64,000 nucleotides of DNA from a virus. Under the pieces are notes generated by a model. That model made no database searches. It worked only from the letters and a program-made list of their open reading frames with translations, and was not told the DNA's origin. A program made the position numbers and the translations under genes. Shown here in pieces: positions 19,622 to 28,550 of this stretch. The stretch lies in IMG/VR virus record IMGVR_UViG_3300005836_000049, positions 4,734 to 68,733 of that record; one strand, 5' to 3'. Position 1 is the stretch's first letter, and every line of letters begins with the position of its first letter.

Positions 19622-19807
19622 GAGCAGTGATCGAATGGCGTGTCCTCCCGGGCATCAAGCTCGAGCGGTGGGGCTGATGTGCTGCTCCCCACGAGCACTG
19701 GTCAGTGTTCCGAACGTATCGATCAGAGTCCGAGCGGGACAAGGCATTCTCAGGTATGCTACTCAAGCGCTCCAAATGGGAGCAAGTGTTCGAGATAAGG
19801 AAGCCAA

Positions 19808-20290
19808 ATGCTCAGTGATGACCAGCTGACTCGCAAGTGGGACAATCGCTTCATGGCGCTCGCTCGCCACATCGCCATGTGGAGCAAGGATCCGAGCACC
19901 AAGGTAGGCGCCGTGATCGTCGATGAGAAGCGTCGAGTGATCGGGCATGGCTACAACGGATTCCCTCGAGGAGTCGAGGATTCCGACGAACGCTACTCCG
20001 ACCGCGAGGTCAAGTACAAGCACGTGGTCCACGCTGAGCTCAACGCCATCCTCAATTCTCGGGGTGGCGTGGAAGGTTGTACCCTCTACACAACGCTCGA
20101 GCCTTGCACCGAGTGCGCCAAGGCGATCATCCAGAGCGGAATCACGCGCGTGGTCCTCCCCGACCGCGAAGGCGAGACGATCGATGAGCTCAAGGTGCGT
20201 TGGGGCGAGAATCAGACCGTCGCCTACAACATGATGGACGAAGCCAAGCTGGACGTTGGCGACACGGCGTTGGGGGACGACGACCTGTGA
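19808..20290 (+). CDS. dCMP deaminase
   Basis: Zinc motifs HAELNAI and PCTECAKAI (H-x-E / PC-x-x-C). Confidence 0.8.
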   Translation: MLSDDQLTRKWDNRFMALARHIAMWSKDPSTKVGAVIVDEKRRVIGHGYNGFPRGVEDSDERYSDREVKYKHVVHAELNAILNSRGGVEGCTLYTTLEPCTECAKAIIQSGITRVVLPDREGETIDELKVRWGENQTVAYNMMDEAKLDVGDTALGDDDL

Positions 20291-20307
20291 GAGGCTCCGA
20301 GAAGGCG

Positions 20308-20706
20308 ATGCGCAGCAATGTCGTCAAGCTGCTGCGCCATGCTGGCCTGGATGCCCGTCCCGTCGAGAACGCGGTGGACATCGGCTACCCGGACATCGAG
20401 TACATCGGTGGCCTGCTCGAGCTCAAGCAGATCGACGCTTGGCCCAAGCGCATCGAGACTCCGCTCCGCTGCGAGCACTACACGCAGGAGCAGCGCATCT
20501 GGCACGAACGTCGATGGCATGCTGGCGGAGCCATCCATGTACTGCTCCAGGTCGGTCCTGAGTTCCTCTTGTTCACCGGGAGGACTGCCCCGAACCTGCT
20601 TGGGCATGCCTCACGCAAGGTGCTCGTCGCTAACGCCAAGGCGCACTTCCACACGCTCGCTGACCTTGTTGCTCGCCTCCCCGAAGTGCTGAAGGCTCCC
20701 CGATGA
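20308..20706 (+). CDS. Putative PD-(D/E)xK / VRR-NUC-like nuclease
   Basis: D..PDIEY...ELKQ arrangement. SD gagaagg before ATG 20308. Confidence 0.35.
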   Translation: MRSNVVKLLRHAGLDARPVENAVDIGYPDIEYIGGLLELKQIDAWPKRIETPLRCEHYTQEQRIWHERRWHAGGAIHVLLQVGPEFLLFTGRTAPNLLGHASRKVLVANAKAHFHTLADLVARLPEVLKAPR

Positions 20707-23099
20707 TCTCCCCCAACTACCTTGCCTCCGCTGACTTCCTGAAGCAATGGGCCAAGACTGGTCCGTGGGTTCTGGTTGCGCTCGATCCCGACAAGAAGGG
20801 GATCGAGGCCGACACGTTCAGTCCGCTGGACGAGAAGCGGATGATGGACTGGCTGGAGAAGCAGGGCACCAAGCTCAAGCGCAACATCTACTTCACGGTC
20901 AACCCGTGCGTGCGCCCGCTCCAGACCAAGCCCATGCGCGAGCATATTGGTGCGTTGGCGTGGCTCCACGTTGACTTGGACCCGCGCAGCGGGGAACCGA
21001 TCGACGAGGAGCGCAGTAGGATCCTGAAGCTGCTTCAGAATCCTACTGCAAAGGGCATTCCCACCCCCAGCGTCATCGTCTTCAGCGGCGGAGGCTACCA
21101 GGGGTTCTGGCGACTAGCGAACCCGGTCATCCTCTCCGGGAAGCCGGAGGACTTCGAGGAAGCGAAGCGCTGGAACCAGCAACTCGAGTTCGTGTTGGGC
21201 GGAGACGCCTGCCACAACATCGACCGCATCATGCGTCTTCCTGGCACGGTCAACCGGCCCAACGAGCGCAAGCGCAAGGCCGGCAGGACCGAGGCGCTCG
21301 CTGAGGTCATCGAGTTCAACCAGGAGTCGTACGACCTCGCGAAGTTCATCAAGGCGCCGCTCGTCCAAGGCTCTTCCCCGGTTGCTCACTCCAGCACGCT
21401 GGTCAACATCAGCGGTAACATCAAGCGGCTCTCCAGCGTAGACGAGTTGCCCAAGGAGGTCAGTCCCCAGGCGAAGGTCGTCATCGTCCAGGGCACCGAC
21501 CCCGACAACCCCGACAAGTTCGGCTCGTCCCGCTCCGAGTGGTTGTTCTTCGCCTGCTGCGAGATGGTCCGTGGCGGATGCTCTGATGACGTCATCTACA
21601 GCGTCATCACCGATCCGGACTTCGGCATCAGCGCCTCGGTCATCGACAAAGGCTCTGGCGTGCACGCCTACGCTGTCCGCCAGATCGAACAGGCGCGCGA
21701 GCATGCCATAGACCCTGTGCTCTACGAGTTCAACTCCAAGCACGCATTGATCGGCTCGATCGGATCGAAGGGTCTGTGCCGCATCCTCACAGAGGAGATC
21801 GATCCAGTGCTCAAGCGCGAGCGGGTGTCGTACCAAGCACAGAGTGACTTCATGCTGCGCTACAAGAAGCGCACGATCGACTGGATGGTGGAGGGCAAGC
21901 CTGCCTCCAAGCCAGCCGCACTCTGGTGGCTCGAGCATCCCATGGGACGCTACTACGACACCGTCGTGTTCGCTCCTGGGATCGAGACTCCTGGCAATTA
22001 CAACCTCTGGAAGGGGTTCGCCTTCGATGCGGATCCCTCGGGCTCCTGCGAGTTGTACCTCGAGCACGTGCTCAACAACATCTGCAGCGGGAATGAGGAG
22101 TGGAACAGCTACCTTCTTGACTGGATGGCGTGGTGTGTTCAATTCCCCGCCCAACCGGGTCAGGTGGCGGTAGTCCTTCGGGGCGAGCAAGGCGTAGGGA
22201 AGGGAGTCTTCGCTGAGCACTTCGGCAAGCTCTGGGGTGGGCACTTCCTCCATATCACGAGTTCGAAGCACCTGGTCGGCTCGTTCAACGCTCACATGCG
22301 CAATTGCGTGGTCATGTACGCCGATGAAGCGTTCGCGAGCGATGATAAGCAGGCGGAGTCGATGCTCAAGACGCTCGTGACTGAGAGCACCATCGTGACG
22401 GAGGCGAAGGGAGTCGATGCCGAGCCCACCGCCAACTACATCCACTTGATCCTCGCATCGAACCACGAACACGTGGTGACCGCTGCGGAGCACGAGCGCC
22501 GGTTCTTCGCGCTGAAGGTCGCACCCGGCAAGCGCCAGAACGCTATCTATTTCGCAGCGATCGCGCAGCAGATGATTGATGGAGGCTACGGTGCATTGCT
22601 CGCGCTTCTCCTCTCTCGTGACGTGTCAAAGTTCAACGTGCGCAAGATGCCGAAGACCGGCGAGTTGACGCGCCAGAAGGAACAGAGCCTCAAGGTCGAG
22701 GACGAGTGGTGGTACGACAAGCTCCAGGACCGCGAGGTCTTCTCTGGTCGCGGCTGGCCGGAGTACGTGTTCGCCAGTGAGCTCTTGTACAATCTCTCGG
22801 AGCACATCAGACAGCAGCGAACGGGCAAGGCAACCGCGCGGCGCCTGACCAAGTACCTCGAGCTGGTCACAGCCGGAAGGGTGATCCGCACGCAGCTGGA
22901 CCTCAAGACCCCGCTGCTCGTCACCCAAGCGAATGGTGATCAGACTGAGGTGTTGAGACCCTACGTGTTCTTCCTTCCGCCGATCGAGGACTGCCGCAAG
23001 ATCTGGGAGTTGATGGGCAAGCCTGCTGACTGGCAGGCGGTCCACAAGGCTCCAGAGATGGCCGAACCCGAGCCTGGAGAGCAGGAGGCGTTCTCGTGA
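20703..23099 (+). CDS. Bifunctional primase-polymerase (N-terminal) / D5-P4-type SF3 helicase (C-terminal)
   Basis: N-terminal VLVALDPD and VIVFSGGGYQGFW prim-pol-like motifs. C-terminal P-loop LRGEQGVGKGVF plus MYADEAF (Walker B). 798 aa. Confidence 0.65.
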   Translation: MISPNYLASADFLKQWAKTGPWVLVALDPDKKGIEADTFSPLDEKRMMDWLEKQGTKLKRNIYFTVNPCVRPLQTKPMREHIGALAWLHVDLDPRSGEPIDEERSRILKLLQNPTAKGIPTPSVIVFSGGGYQGFWRLANPVILSGKPEDFEEAKRWNQQLEFVLGGDACHNIDRIMRLPGTVNRPNERKRKAGRTEALAEVIEFNQESYDLAKFIKAPLVQGSSPVAHSSTLVNISGNIKRLSSVDELPKEVSPQAKVVIVQGTDPDNPDKFGSSRSEWLFFACCEMVRGGCSDDVIYSVITDPDFGISASVIDKGSGVHAYAVRQIEQAREHAIDPVLYEFNSKHALIGSIGSKGLCRILTEEIDPVLKRERVSYQAQSDFMLRYKKRTIDWMVEGKPASKPAALWWLEHPMGRYYDTVVFAPGIETPGNYNLWKGFAFDADPSGSCELYLEHVLNNICSGNEEWNSYLLDWMAWCVQFPAQPGQVAVVLRGEQGVGKGVFAEHFGKLWGGHFLHITSSKHLVGSFNAHMRNCVVMYADEAFASDDKQAESMLKTLVTESTIVTEAKGVDAEPTANYIHLILASNHEHVVTAAEHERRFFALKVAPGKRQNAIYFAAIAQQMIDGGYGALLALLLSRDVSKFNVRKMPKTGELTRQKEQSLKVEDEWWYDKLQDREVFSGRGWPEYVFASELLYNLSEHIRQQRTGKATARRLTKYLELVTAGRVIRTQLDLKTPLLVTQANGDQTEVLRPYVFFLPPIEDCRKIWELMGKPADWQAVHKAPEMAEPEPGEQEAFS

Positions 23100-23299
23100 C
23101 ACCTGAAGAAGCGATCGAGCGTCACAAGCGCGCCAAGCACGAAGCAGCGGCTCGCCTCATGGAGGTCATGTACAAGGAAGGCACTCCCGAGGCAGTGGTC
23201 GAGGCGTTCGAGATGGTCACGCTCTGGACGCTGGCGATCGAAGGCTACCCCATCGACATCGACACCCTCACCCGGATGATCAAGGCAACCGACCCATGA
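23096..23299 (+). CDS. Small hypothetical early protein
   Basis: Coupled start, 67 aa. Confidence 0.35.
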   Translation: MTPEEAIERHKRAKHEAAARLMEVMYKEGTPEAVVEAFEMVTLWTLAIEGYPIDIDTLTRMIKATDP

Positions 23300-23559
23300 G
23301 CGAGCCCAAGGTCAAGAGTCACGTGTCCTACCCCAAGGAGCTACGCTCTGAGGCGTCGATGAACCTGAAGGGATTGGTGACGGTGCACATCCGGTTTCCG
23401 GATGGGACGGTGATGGAACACCAGCAGGAGGCGGACCTGGACGAGTGCCAATTCGCGAAGTGGGGGGCAGCACTCCTTGGTCGCAAGGATGTGCGGCCCC
23501 TGCCGCTGCTCGAGGACGTCGTGCGTCAGGTCTGTGAGCAGAAGGGCATCACGACATGA
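23296..23559 (+). CDS. Small hypothetical early protein
   Basis: ATGA overlap, 87 aa. Confidence 0.35.
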   Translation: MSEPKVKSHVSYPKELRSEASMNLKGLVTVHIRFPDGTVMEHQQEADLDECQFAKWGAALLGRKDVRPLPLLEDVVRQVCEQKGITT

Positions 23560-23786
23560 ACTGGCAGGACACCGTGCTGACCCTGGGCACCGCTGTGCTG
23601 ACGTCGGCTGCCCTGACCTCGGCCTGGTCCCGAAGTGCCAAGGTCCCCCGGGCCACCAGCCTGCCAACGGCGGTTGTCGTAGGGATGTTCGCCATGGTGC
23701 ACTGGAACCTGGGTCTGTTCTGGACGACCATGGCGGACATCGTCTGCGCTGGCGCCTGGGCCTTCATCGCTTTTCGGCGGTCGTAA
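23556..23786 (+). CDS. Small membrane protein (two hydrophobic helices)
   Basis: 76 aa, LTLGTAVLTSAALTSAW and WAFIAF segments. Confidence 0.4.
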   Translation: MNWQDTVLTLGTAVLTSAALTSAWSRSAKVPRATSLPTAVVVGMFAMVHWNLGLFWTTMADIVCAGAWAFIAFRRS

Positions 23787-23810
23787 GTCCTGGCCCCGGG
23801 TGGGGGTTAG

Positions 23811-23865
23811 TAAGTTTCCCACGGAAGAACCCGTCCTGCGTGCCGGTTCGTCGGTATAGTTGGGC
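23811..23865 (+). promoter_or_regulatory. Composite early promoter P1 (near-palindromic 11-mer TTCCCACGGAA, then CCCGTCCTG, then -10 TATAGT). ATG only 5 nt after the -10, so the mRNA is leaderless.
   Basis: One of five near-identical cassettes (also ~25181, ~27060, 43227-43280 minus, 43950-44005 minus) with fixed internal spacing. Confidence 0.55.
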
Positions 23866-24033
23866 ATGACGAACAGCATCCACTCCTTCGAGACCCTCCG
23901 CGAAGCTCGCAAGTTCCGCCGCAGCCTCAAGGCTATGGGCATCTCGGCCAAGATCTTCATGCACACGCGGACCTACACGGTCCCGTTCAAGGGCATCACG
24001 ACCTCGGTCGAGTACACGGTGGAGGTGCGCTGA
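23866..24033 (+). CDS. Small basic protein (55 aa), probably translated from a leaderless mRNA
   Basis: ATG 5 nt downstream of TATAGT. Not in the ORF track (<60 aa). TGATG coupling to the next gene. Confidence 0.4.
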   Translation: MTNSIHSFETLREARKFRRSLKAMGISAKIFMHTRTYTVPFKGITTSVEYTVEVR

Positions 24034-24230
24034 TGGGCCTCACCCCTCGCAAGGAAGCGATCGCGCGCAAGAAGGCGTGGCAGCTGGCCCTCAAGGAGGG
24101 CCGGGTCCTCCGCGCCACTGACGGAACGCGCCACGTGGCCTTCCCGACCACCAAGGCCAGGGACGAGTACCTGGCCAAGTTGGAACCCGGCATGTACGAG
24201 ATCGTTCGGGTTGAGCCGGAACCCGGCTAG
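24033..24230 (+). CDS. Small hypothetical early protein
   Basis: 65 aa, coupled start. Confidence 0.35.
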   Translation: MGLTPRKEAIARKKAWQLALKEGRVLRATDGTRHVAFPTTKARDEYLAKLEPGMYEIVRVEPEPG

Positions 24231-24239
24231 GACAACACC

Positions 24240-24425
24240 ATGGCTTGCCTCATCCACACCACACCTCAACCGCGCTTCTGCAACGACTGCGAGCGTGCCC
24301 AGCCCACCGTCATCGTCGTCCAGCGCGACAGCACCAAGCTCATCCTGCTGCCCAGCGATCGCGCCAAGTACCAGATCATCCGTCACGCCAACTCCGTCGA
24401 GGTCATCCACAAATGCTCAAGCTGA
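24240..24425 (+). CDS. Small Cys-containing protein (CNDC...)
   Basis: 61 aa. SD ctaggacaacacc before ATG. Confidence 0.35.
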   Translation: MACLIHTTPQPRFCNDCERAQPTVIVVQRDSTKLILLPSDRAKYQIIRHANSVEVIHKCSS

Positions 24426-24793
24426 ATGCCAACCAACTCTTGTGGGTCCAGGAGAAGCTCTCCTCGGTCACCCGTCAACGCCAGACCGTCCTCGACAAGA
24501 TCAACGAGGCGGCCAAGACCCCGGGGTCAGTGTCTCGCATCTTGAGTTGGAACACCACTCATCTCATGTGCCAGGACCTCCTGCTCGCTGACCTGACCAT
24601 GATCATCGGCATGACGACCGACGAGGAGAGCCAGGCCACGCTTGACTCCATGGAGGAGTGGTACACGAAGGAGATCATGCGCTGGTCGCCCCAGCACTCA
24701 ACCAGCCCGTGCTCGAACATCGAAGAGGAGTGCAAGCACGAGGTCCACCAGGAAGTCTTGAAGATGGTCCAGGCCATCAAGGAACGCAAGTGA
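24413..24793 (+). CDS. Hypothetical early protein
   Basis: 126 aa, overlapping start. Confidence 0.4.
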   Translation: MLKLNANQLLWVQEKLSSVTRQRQTVLDKINEAAKTPGSVSRILSWNTTHLMCQDLLLADLTMIIGMTTDEESQATLDSMEEWYTKEIMRWSPQHSTSPCSNIEEECKHEVHQEVLKMVQAIKERK

Positions 24794-25167
24794 AGCAACA
24801 AGTCAAGTCAGGCATCGCACAAACCGAATTCCTCGATCGTCTGCCTCGCTGGGCGAGCGATCACATCCGCATGCTGGAGAGCAACCTCAAGAGCGCTCAA
24901 CTCGAGCGCGAGGAAGTGCTGTCTAACAAGCCCACACGCACCGGCCTGGGCTACTCGTTTCGCCAAGGCGCCATGGGTGCTCCGCGCATCTGGTTGCCTG
25001 ACAACGAGCCCATCAAGTTCCTCTTCCCGGACCGCAACCATCCCGGCGATCGCTTCGTCCAGTGCTCCTACGAGGAGAACCGGAAGCAGCTGAAGGTCAT
25101 GGGGTCCGAGTCCTTCTCGGTCAACCCCTCCTCCTCCAACGTCGTCGACATCACCCTGCGGGACTGA
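24790..25167 (+). CDS. Hypothetical early protein
   Basis: GTGA overlap, 125 aa. Confidence 0.4.
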   Translation: MKQQVKSGIAQTEFLDRLPRWASDHIRMLESNLKSAQLEREEVLSNKPTRTGLGYSFRQGAMGAPRIWLPDNEPIKFLFPDRNHPGDRFVQCSYEENRKQLKVMGSESFSVNPSSSNVVDITLRD

Positions 25168-25180
25168 ACTCTGTCGGAGA

Positions 25181-25274
25181 CCACCACTTAGGATCTTCTG
25201 TGGGAATCTCCCGTCCTGCCACAGACGGGATGGGTATAGTTCCCCGTTCCAGCCAACCAACCAAGGAGACTCTC
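25181..25274 (+). promoter_or_regulatory. Composite early promoter P2 with ~30-nt CA-rich leader and SD AAGGAGA (coordinates ±2)
   Basis: ccaccacttaggatcttctgtgggaatctcccgtcctgcc...ggtatagttccccgttccagccaaccaaccaaggagactctcATG. About 90% identical over ~95 nt to P3 at ~27060. Confidence 0.55.
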
Positions 25275-25535
25275 ATGACCCAACTGCAGGTGAAGCCCAA
25301 CGATCCCTCGCGCAGCGGCAAGCTGGCCTCGCGCAGGTTCCACTTCGGCGAGTTCAATCGGTTCGCGCTCTTCGCGGTCCACACGCGGTTCGACAAGGTG
25401 ACCTGGATGGTCACTGACGCCGAGCAGATCGACGAGGCCACCGGCTTCGCCAAGATCATCCGCCAGTCAGACTCAGCCTCCGAGGCGATGTCCAGCATGG
25501 GACCCCATGCTCCCAACGTGGAGGTGACGCTGTGA
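25275..25535 (+). CDS. Small hypothetical early protein
   Basis: First gene after P2. 86 aa. Confidence 0.45.
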   Translation: MTQLQVKPNDPSRSGKLASRRFHFGEFNRFALFAVHTRFDKVTWMVTDAEQIDEATGFAKIIRQSDSASEAMSSMGPHAPNVEVTL

Positions 25536-26134
25536 GTCGCATGTGGTTCACGCATCGCTTCGAGGGCAAGGACTGCAAGGTGCCCTGCCGCGACAACCAG
25601 AAGTCCAAGCTGTACCTCGCCGAGCGTGCGGCCTTCGGCGCCGAGTTCACCGCACTGATCGGCGACGGATCCATCGAGGCAGCCGAGCGCTACGCCGAGA
25701 GCATCGTCAAGTCGGAGACCTGGATGCGCCTTCGTGCGCGCCACGGTCAGGTCCGCCCCAACGGGACCTGCTGGATCAAGGAGCAGGGCATCGAGGTCAA
25801 GCCCAAGAGTGGCGGAAGGGCGCTCGGCGGAGGTCGCCTCATCCAGCTGCCCGAGTGGGCGCGCACGAAGGCGATCGTCCTGCACGAGCTGACCCACTGC
25901 CTGGTGGGCGGTGGGATGGGCCACAACTGGCCCTTCGCTCGAGCCTACGCCGACCTCTGCGGGATGTTCCTCGGCGATGCCGCGCGCAAGGCGCTCCACG
26001 CTGCCTACAAGGTCCACCGGGTCAAGCACCATCCTCCGCGCTCCATGTCTGCGGAGGCGAAGCGTGCGCTCGCCGAGCGCGGTCGCAAGGCACTCCAGCT
26101 GTACCAGAAGGAGGCTGCCAATGAAACCCGCTGA
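25532..26134 (+). CDS. Putative zinc metallopeptidase (HExxH)
   Basis: IVLHELTHCLVGG motif. 200 aa. ATGA overlap. Confidence 0.45.
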   Translation: MSRMWFTHRFEGKDCKVPCRDNQKSKLYLAERAAFGAEFTALIGDGSIEAAERYAESIVKSETWMRLRARHGQVRPNGTCWIKEQGIEVKPKSGGRALGGGRLIQLPEWARTKAIVLHELTHCLVGGGMGHNWPFARAYADLCGMFLGDAARKALHAAYKVHRVKHHPPRSMSAEAKRALAERGRKALQLYQKEAANETR

Positions 26135-26357
26135 GCTCAAGCCGCTGATCGGCAAGAAGGTCATGGTGTACTGGAACGGTCTTCGGAGCGGGACGGTCAA
26201 GAGCGTCCCGTCCTCAGACGTCCTCTCCGTCCAGTTCCTCTTCCCTCACGGGCGCCACAAGGTGGGACTGGAGACGGTCCAGAGCGTGGTCTGGTACGGG
26301 AAGGAGCGGAAGGTCACGGACTTCCTGGAGCATCACGGCAAGGGGGAGACCAAGTGA
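26121..26357 (+). CDS. Small hypothetical protein
   Basis: 78 aa, overlapping start. Confidence 0.35.
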   Translation: MKPAELKPLIGKKVMVYWNGLRSGTVKSVPSSDVLSVQFLFPHGRHKVGLETVQSVVWYGKERKVTDFLEHHGKGETK

Positions 26358-26557
26358 TCATCAAGGTCGTCGTGGAAATCGAGGCACCGGACGGAGCCAC
26401 CCACTATGAGGGCAACCTCGCGAGCGAGTACGTGGCCTGGTGGAAGTGCAAGCAGATCGGTGCCGGTGGCGACCACTGGTTCATCTGGATCAGGGAGAAG
26501 GGTTGGGTACTCGGCAGGCACTCCGCTCCTCCTGGCCTCAAGGAGATCCCCAAGTGA
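26354..26557 (+). CDS. Small hypothetical protein
   Basis: 67 aa, GTGA overlap. Confidence 0.35.
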   Translation: MIIKVVVEIEAPDGATHYEGNLASEYVAWWKCKQIGAGGDHWFIWIREKGWVLGRHSAPPGLKEIPK

Positions 26558-26817
26558 AACCCTACCACGAGTTGCACATCACCTACATGGGTGGCCCGGC
26601 GCCGGTGTTCGATGGTTGGAGCCAGAGCATGATCCATGGTGACATCATCCTCGGCGAGGGTCCGAAGCGCTACCTGACCCGCCATGCGAGTTCGAAGGTG
26701 CCGCTGGACCTGTTGATCTACGAGATGGAGCAGCTGGCCGGGATCCTCCGCACCTACGGGCGCACGGTCCTCCGCACCAAGGTCGAGCTCGTCCTGTACG
26801 ACAAGCGCACTCCGTGA
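26554..26817 (+). CDS. Small hypothetical protein
   Basis: GTG start overlapping the upstream stop. 87 aa. Confidence 0.35.
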   Translation: MKPYHELHITYMGGPAPVFDGWSQSMIHGDIILGEGPKRYLTRHASSKVPLDLLIYEMEQLAGILRTYGRTVLRTKVELVLYDKRTP

Positions 26818-27059
26818 ACAACCGGATCCACCACATCTGGGAGGCCATCGATGACGCGCAGCTTCGGGAGCAACTGCGCCAGCGCGAGGAGATCCAAGCT
26901 CGAGCGGCTATGCGCCTGATGAAGCGTGAGGACATGAGGCTCAGCATCAGGATCGTCACCCACCCGGACCCTCTCCAGCCTACCGTCCACCACTTCCACA
27001 CTGTCCTGTTCCTGGGCTCCTTCTCCCTCCTCTTGCTGGACTCCTATCGTACAGAGTAG
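26814..27059 (+). CDS. Small hypothetical protein
   Basis: 81 aa. Stop TAG immediately precedes the GCCACCACTTACGA motif. Confidence 0.35.
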   Translation: MNNRIHHIWEAIDDAQLREQLRQREEIQARAAMRLMKREDMRLSIRIVTHPDPLQPTVHHFHTVLFLGSFSLLLLDSYRTE

Positions 27060-27154
27060 GCCACCACTTACGAACTTCTGTGGGAATTACCCGTCCTGCC
27101 ACATCCCGCGTCGGTATAGTTCCCCGTTCGATCCAACCAACCAAGGAGACTCTC
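27060..27154 (+). promoter_or_regulatory. Composite early promoter P3 (near-duplicate of P2, including the leader)
   Basis: ccaccacttacgaacttctgtgggaattacccgtcctgccaca...ggtatagttccccgttcgatccaaccaaccaaggagactctcATG. Confidence 0.55.
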
Positions 27155-27523
27155 ATGACCACCAAGCAAGCCACCTTCCAGGAACTGCTCAACCGCGCCG
27201 AAAAGCTGCGCGACGATGTCTTCACCGCTCGCGAGCCTGGCGACGACGAGATGCGCCGTGTCCAGGGTCTGCTCAGTGAGGTCCGCGACCTCATGCAGGA
27301 AGCTGTCAAGAAGGCTGGTCCCGCTCCCGAGGCTCCGGTCCTCGCCAACGCCAAGAGGGTCATCGCGGCTCTTCGCCACACCGGCGACTCGACAGTCAAC
27401 CAGCTGATCGAGAAGACCGGCCTCAATGGGGTGCCCGTGCGCGAAGCGCTCGATCTCTGCGAGCAGCTGTCGGTCGCTCGCCGCATCGGTCAATTCTGGC
27501 GCGCGACGGAGATCAAGCTGTGA
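27155..27523 (+). CDS. Putative winged-helix DNA-binding protein
   Basis: C-terminal segment STVNQLIEKTGLNGVPVREALDLCEQLSVARRIG resembles a wHTH recognition unit. First gene after P3. Candidate regulator (inference). Confidence 0.35.
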   Translation: MTTKQATFQELLNRAEKLRDDVFTAREPGDDEMRRVQGLLSEVRDLMQEAVKKAGPAPEAPVLANAKRVIAALRHTGDSTVNQLIEKTGLNGVPVREALDLCEQLSVARRIGQFWRATEIKL

Positions 27524-27792
27524 GAATCACCAACCTGATCAAAGGGTACTTCACCTGCGCCATCCGCAACCGTGCCAACAACGTCAGCATCACGCAGGTC
27601 GTCCGCAGCATCGGCTCCCCCTGGATCCGCGTCTGCTACCATCAGCTGGACATCGGGGGTGTCCGCAAGGGCGAGATCATCCTGAGCTTGCAAGAGGCCG
27701 AAGACCTCGGGGACGCTCTCACGCGCCTGGCCATCGCCAACCCCCGGACCGGCATCACTCAGGTGGACTTCGGTCGGAAGGCACCGGCGTGA
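27520..27792 (+). CDS. Small hypothetical protein
   Basis: 90 aa, coupled. Confidence 0.35.
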   Translation: MRITNLIKGYFTCAIRNRANNVSITQVVRSIGSPWIRVCYHQLDIGGVRKGEIILSLQEAEDLGDALTRLAIANPRTGITQVDFGRKAPA

Positions 27793-28016
27793 AGGTCCAC
27801 TCTGAACTGAGGGCCATGGTCCCCACCGTGGGGGACGTCTACCTGTCCAAGGTCTGGATGGGCGAGGACCGGCAGCCACTCGGCCTGAAGGTGACCCGGG
27901 TGGCCCAGGGCACCGTCTACGTGCGCCCCTGGTACGGTCTGCGGGATGATGGCAGCGAGTGGCTGGGTGCGCCCTCCCACTTCCCGGTTGGGGAGGCAAC
28001 CCGCTGGCTGCAATGA
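27789..28016 (+). CDS. Small hypothetical protein
   Basis: GTGA overlap, 75 aa. Confidence 0.35.
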   Translation: MKVHSELRAMVPTVGDVYLSKVWMGEDRQPLGLKVTRVAQGTVYVRPWYGLRDDGSEWLGAPSHFPVGEATRWLQ

Positions 28017-28081
28017 GGATTCCACAGAATCTTCTACGGCCCCTGTGTCGAGTAGCCGAAAGACTACATAGGGAGAACGCC

Positions 28082-28225
28082 ATGAAGAACCTCATCTGCC
28101 TCATCGACCCTCAGACCTACGGCCTGAACCGTGGTGTGCTCATGTTCGGTCTGCTCCTTGGCGGAGCCTTGATCTTCGGCTGCATGAAGCTCCTCGCGGT
28201 CCTGCACGCGGCTGGCATGCCGTGA
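28082..28225 (+). CDS. Small membrane protein (47 aa)
   Basis: SD gggagaac. Hydrophobic GVLMFGLLLGGALIFGCMKLLAVL. Confidence 0.35.
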   Translation: MKNLICLIDPQTYGLNRGVLMFGLLLGGALIFGCMKLLAVLHAAGMP

Positions 28226-28419
28226 GACTCTCCTACAGCAAGGTGCCCTTCAAGAGGGAGGTCCAGGACCGTAACCGGCTGCTGTACTTCCACGGCAAGC
28301 TGGCATGCCGGAGGGCCGAGAAGCACAGCTTCCCCACCCCCACCCTCGAGTGGCACATCTGTAGGGTGTGCCTACGAACACAGGCACAGATTTTCCGGGA
28401 TTCTGAGACCGGCTTCTGA
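28222..28419 (+). CDS. Small Cys/His protein
   Basis: 65 aa, coupled start. Confidence 0.3.
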   Translation: MRLSYSKVPFKREVQDRNRLLYFHGKLACRRAEKHSFPTPTLEWHICRVCLRTQAQIFRDSETGF

Positions 28420-28550
28420 CCACACCCGGCTAGGAACTCCATGGAACAAGACATCCAACCCACCGCGCAAGACATCGCCGACCAGAAGGCACTGATCGCG
28501 TTCCTGGGCAAGACGATGTACATCAACACCCTGACTCTCATGTGTGACCA

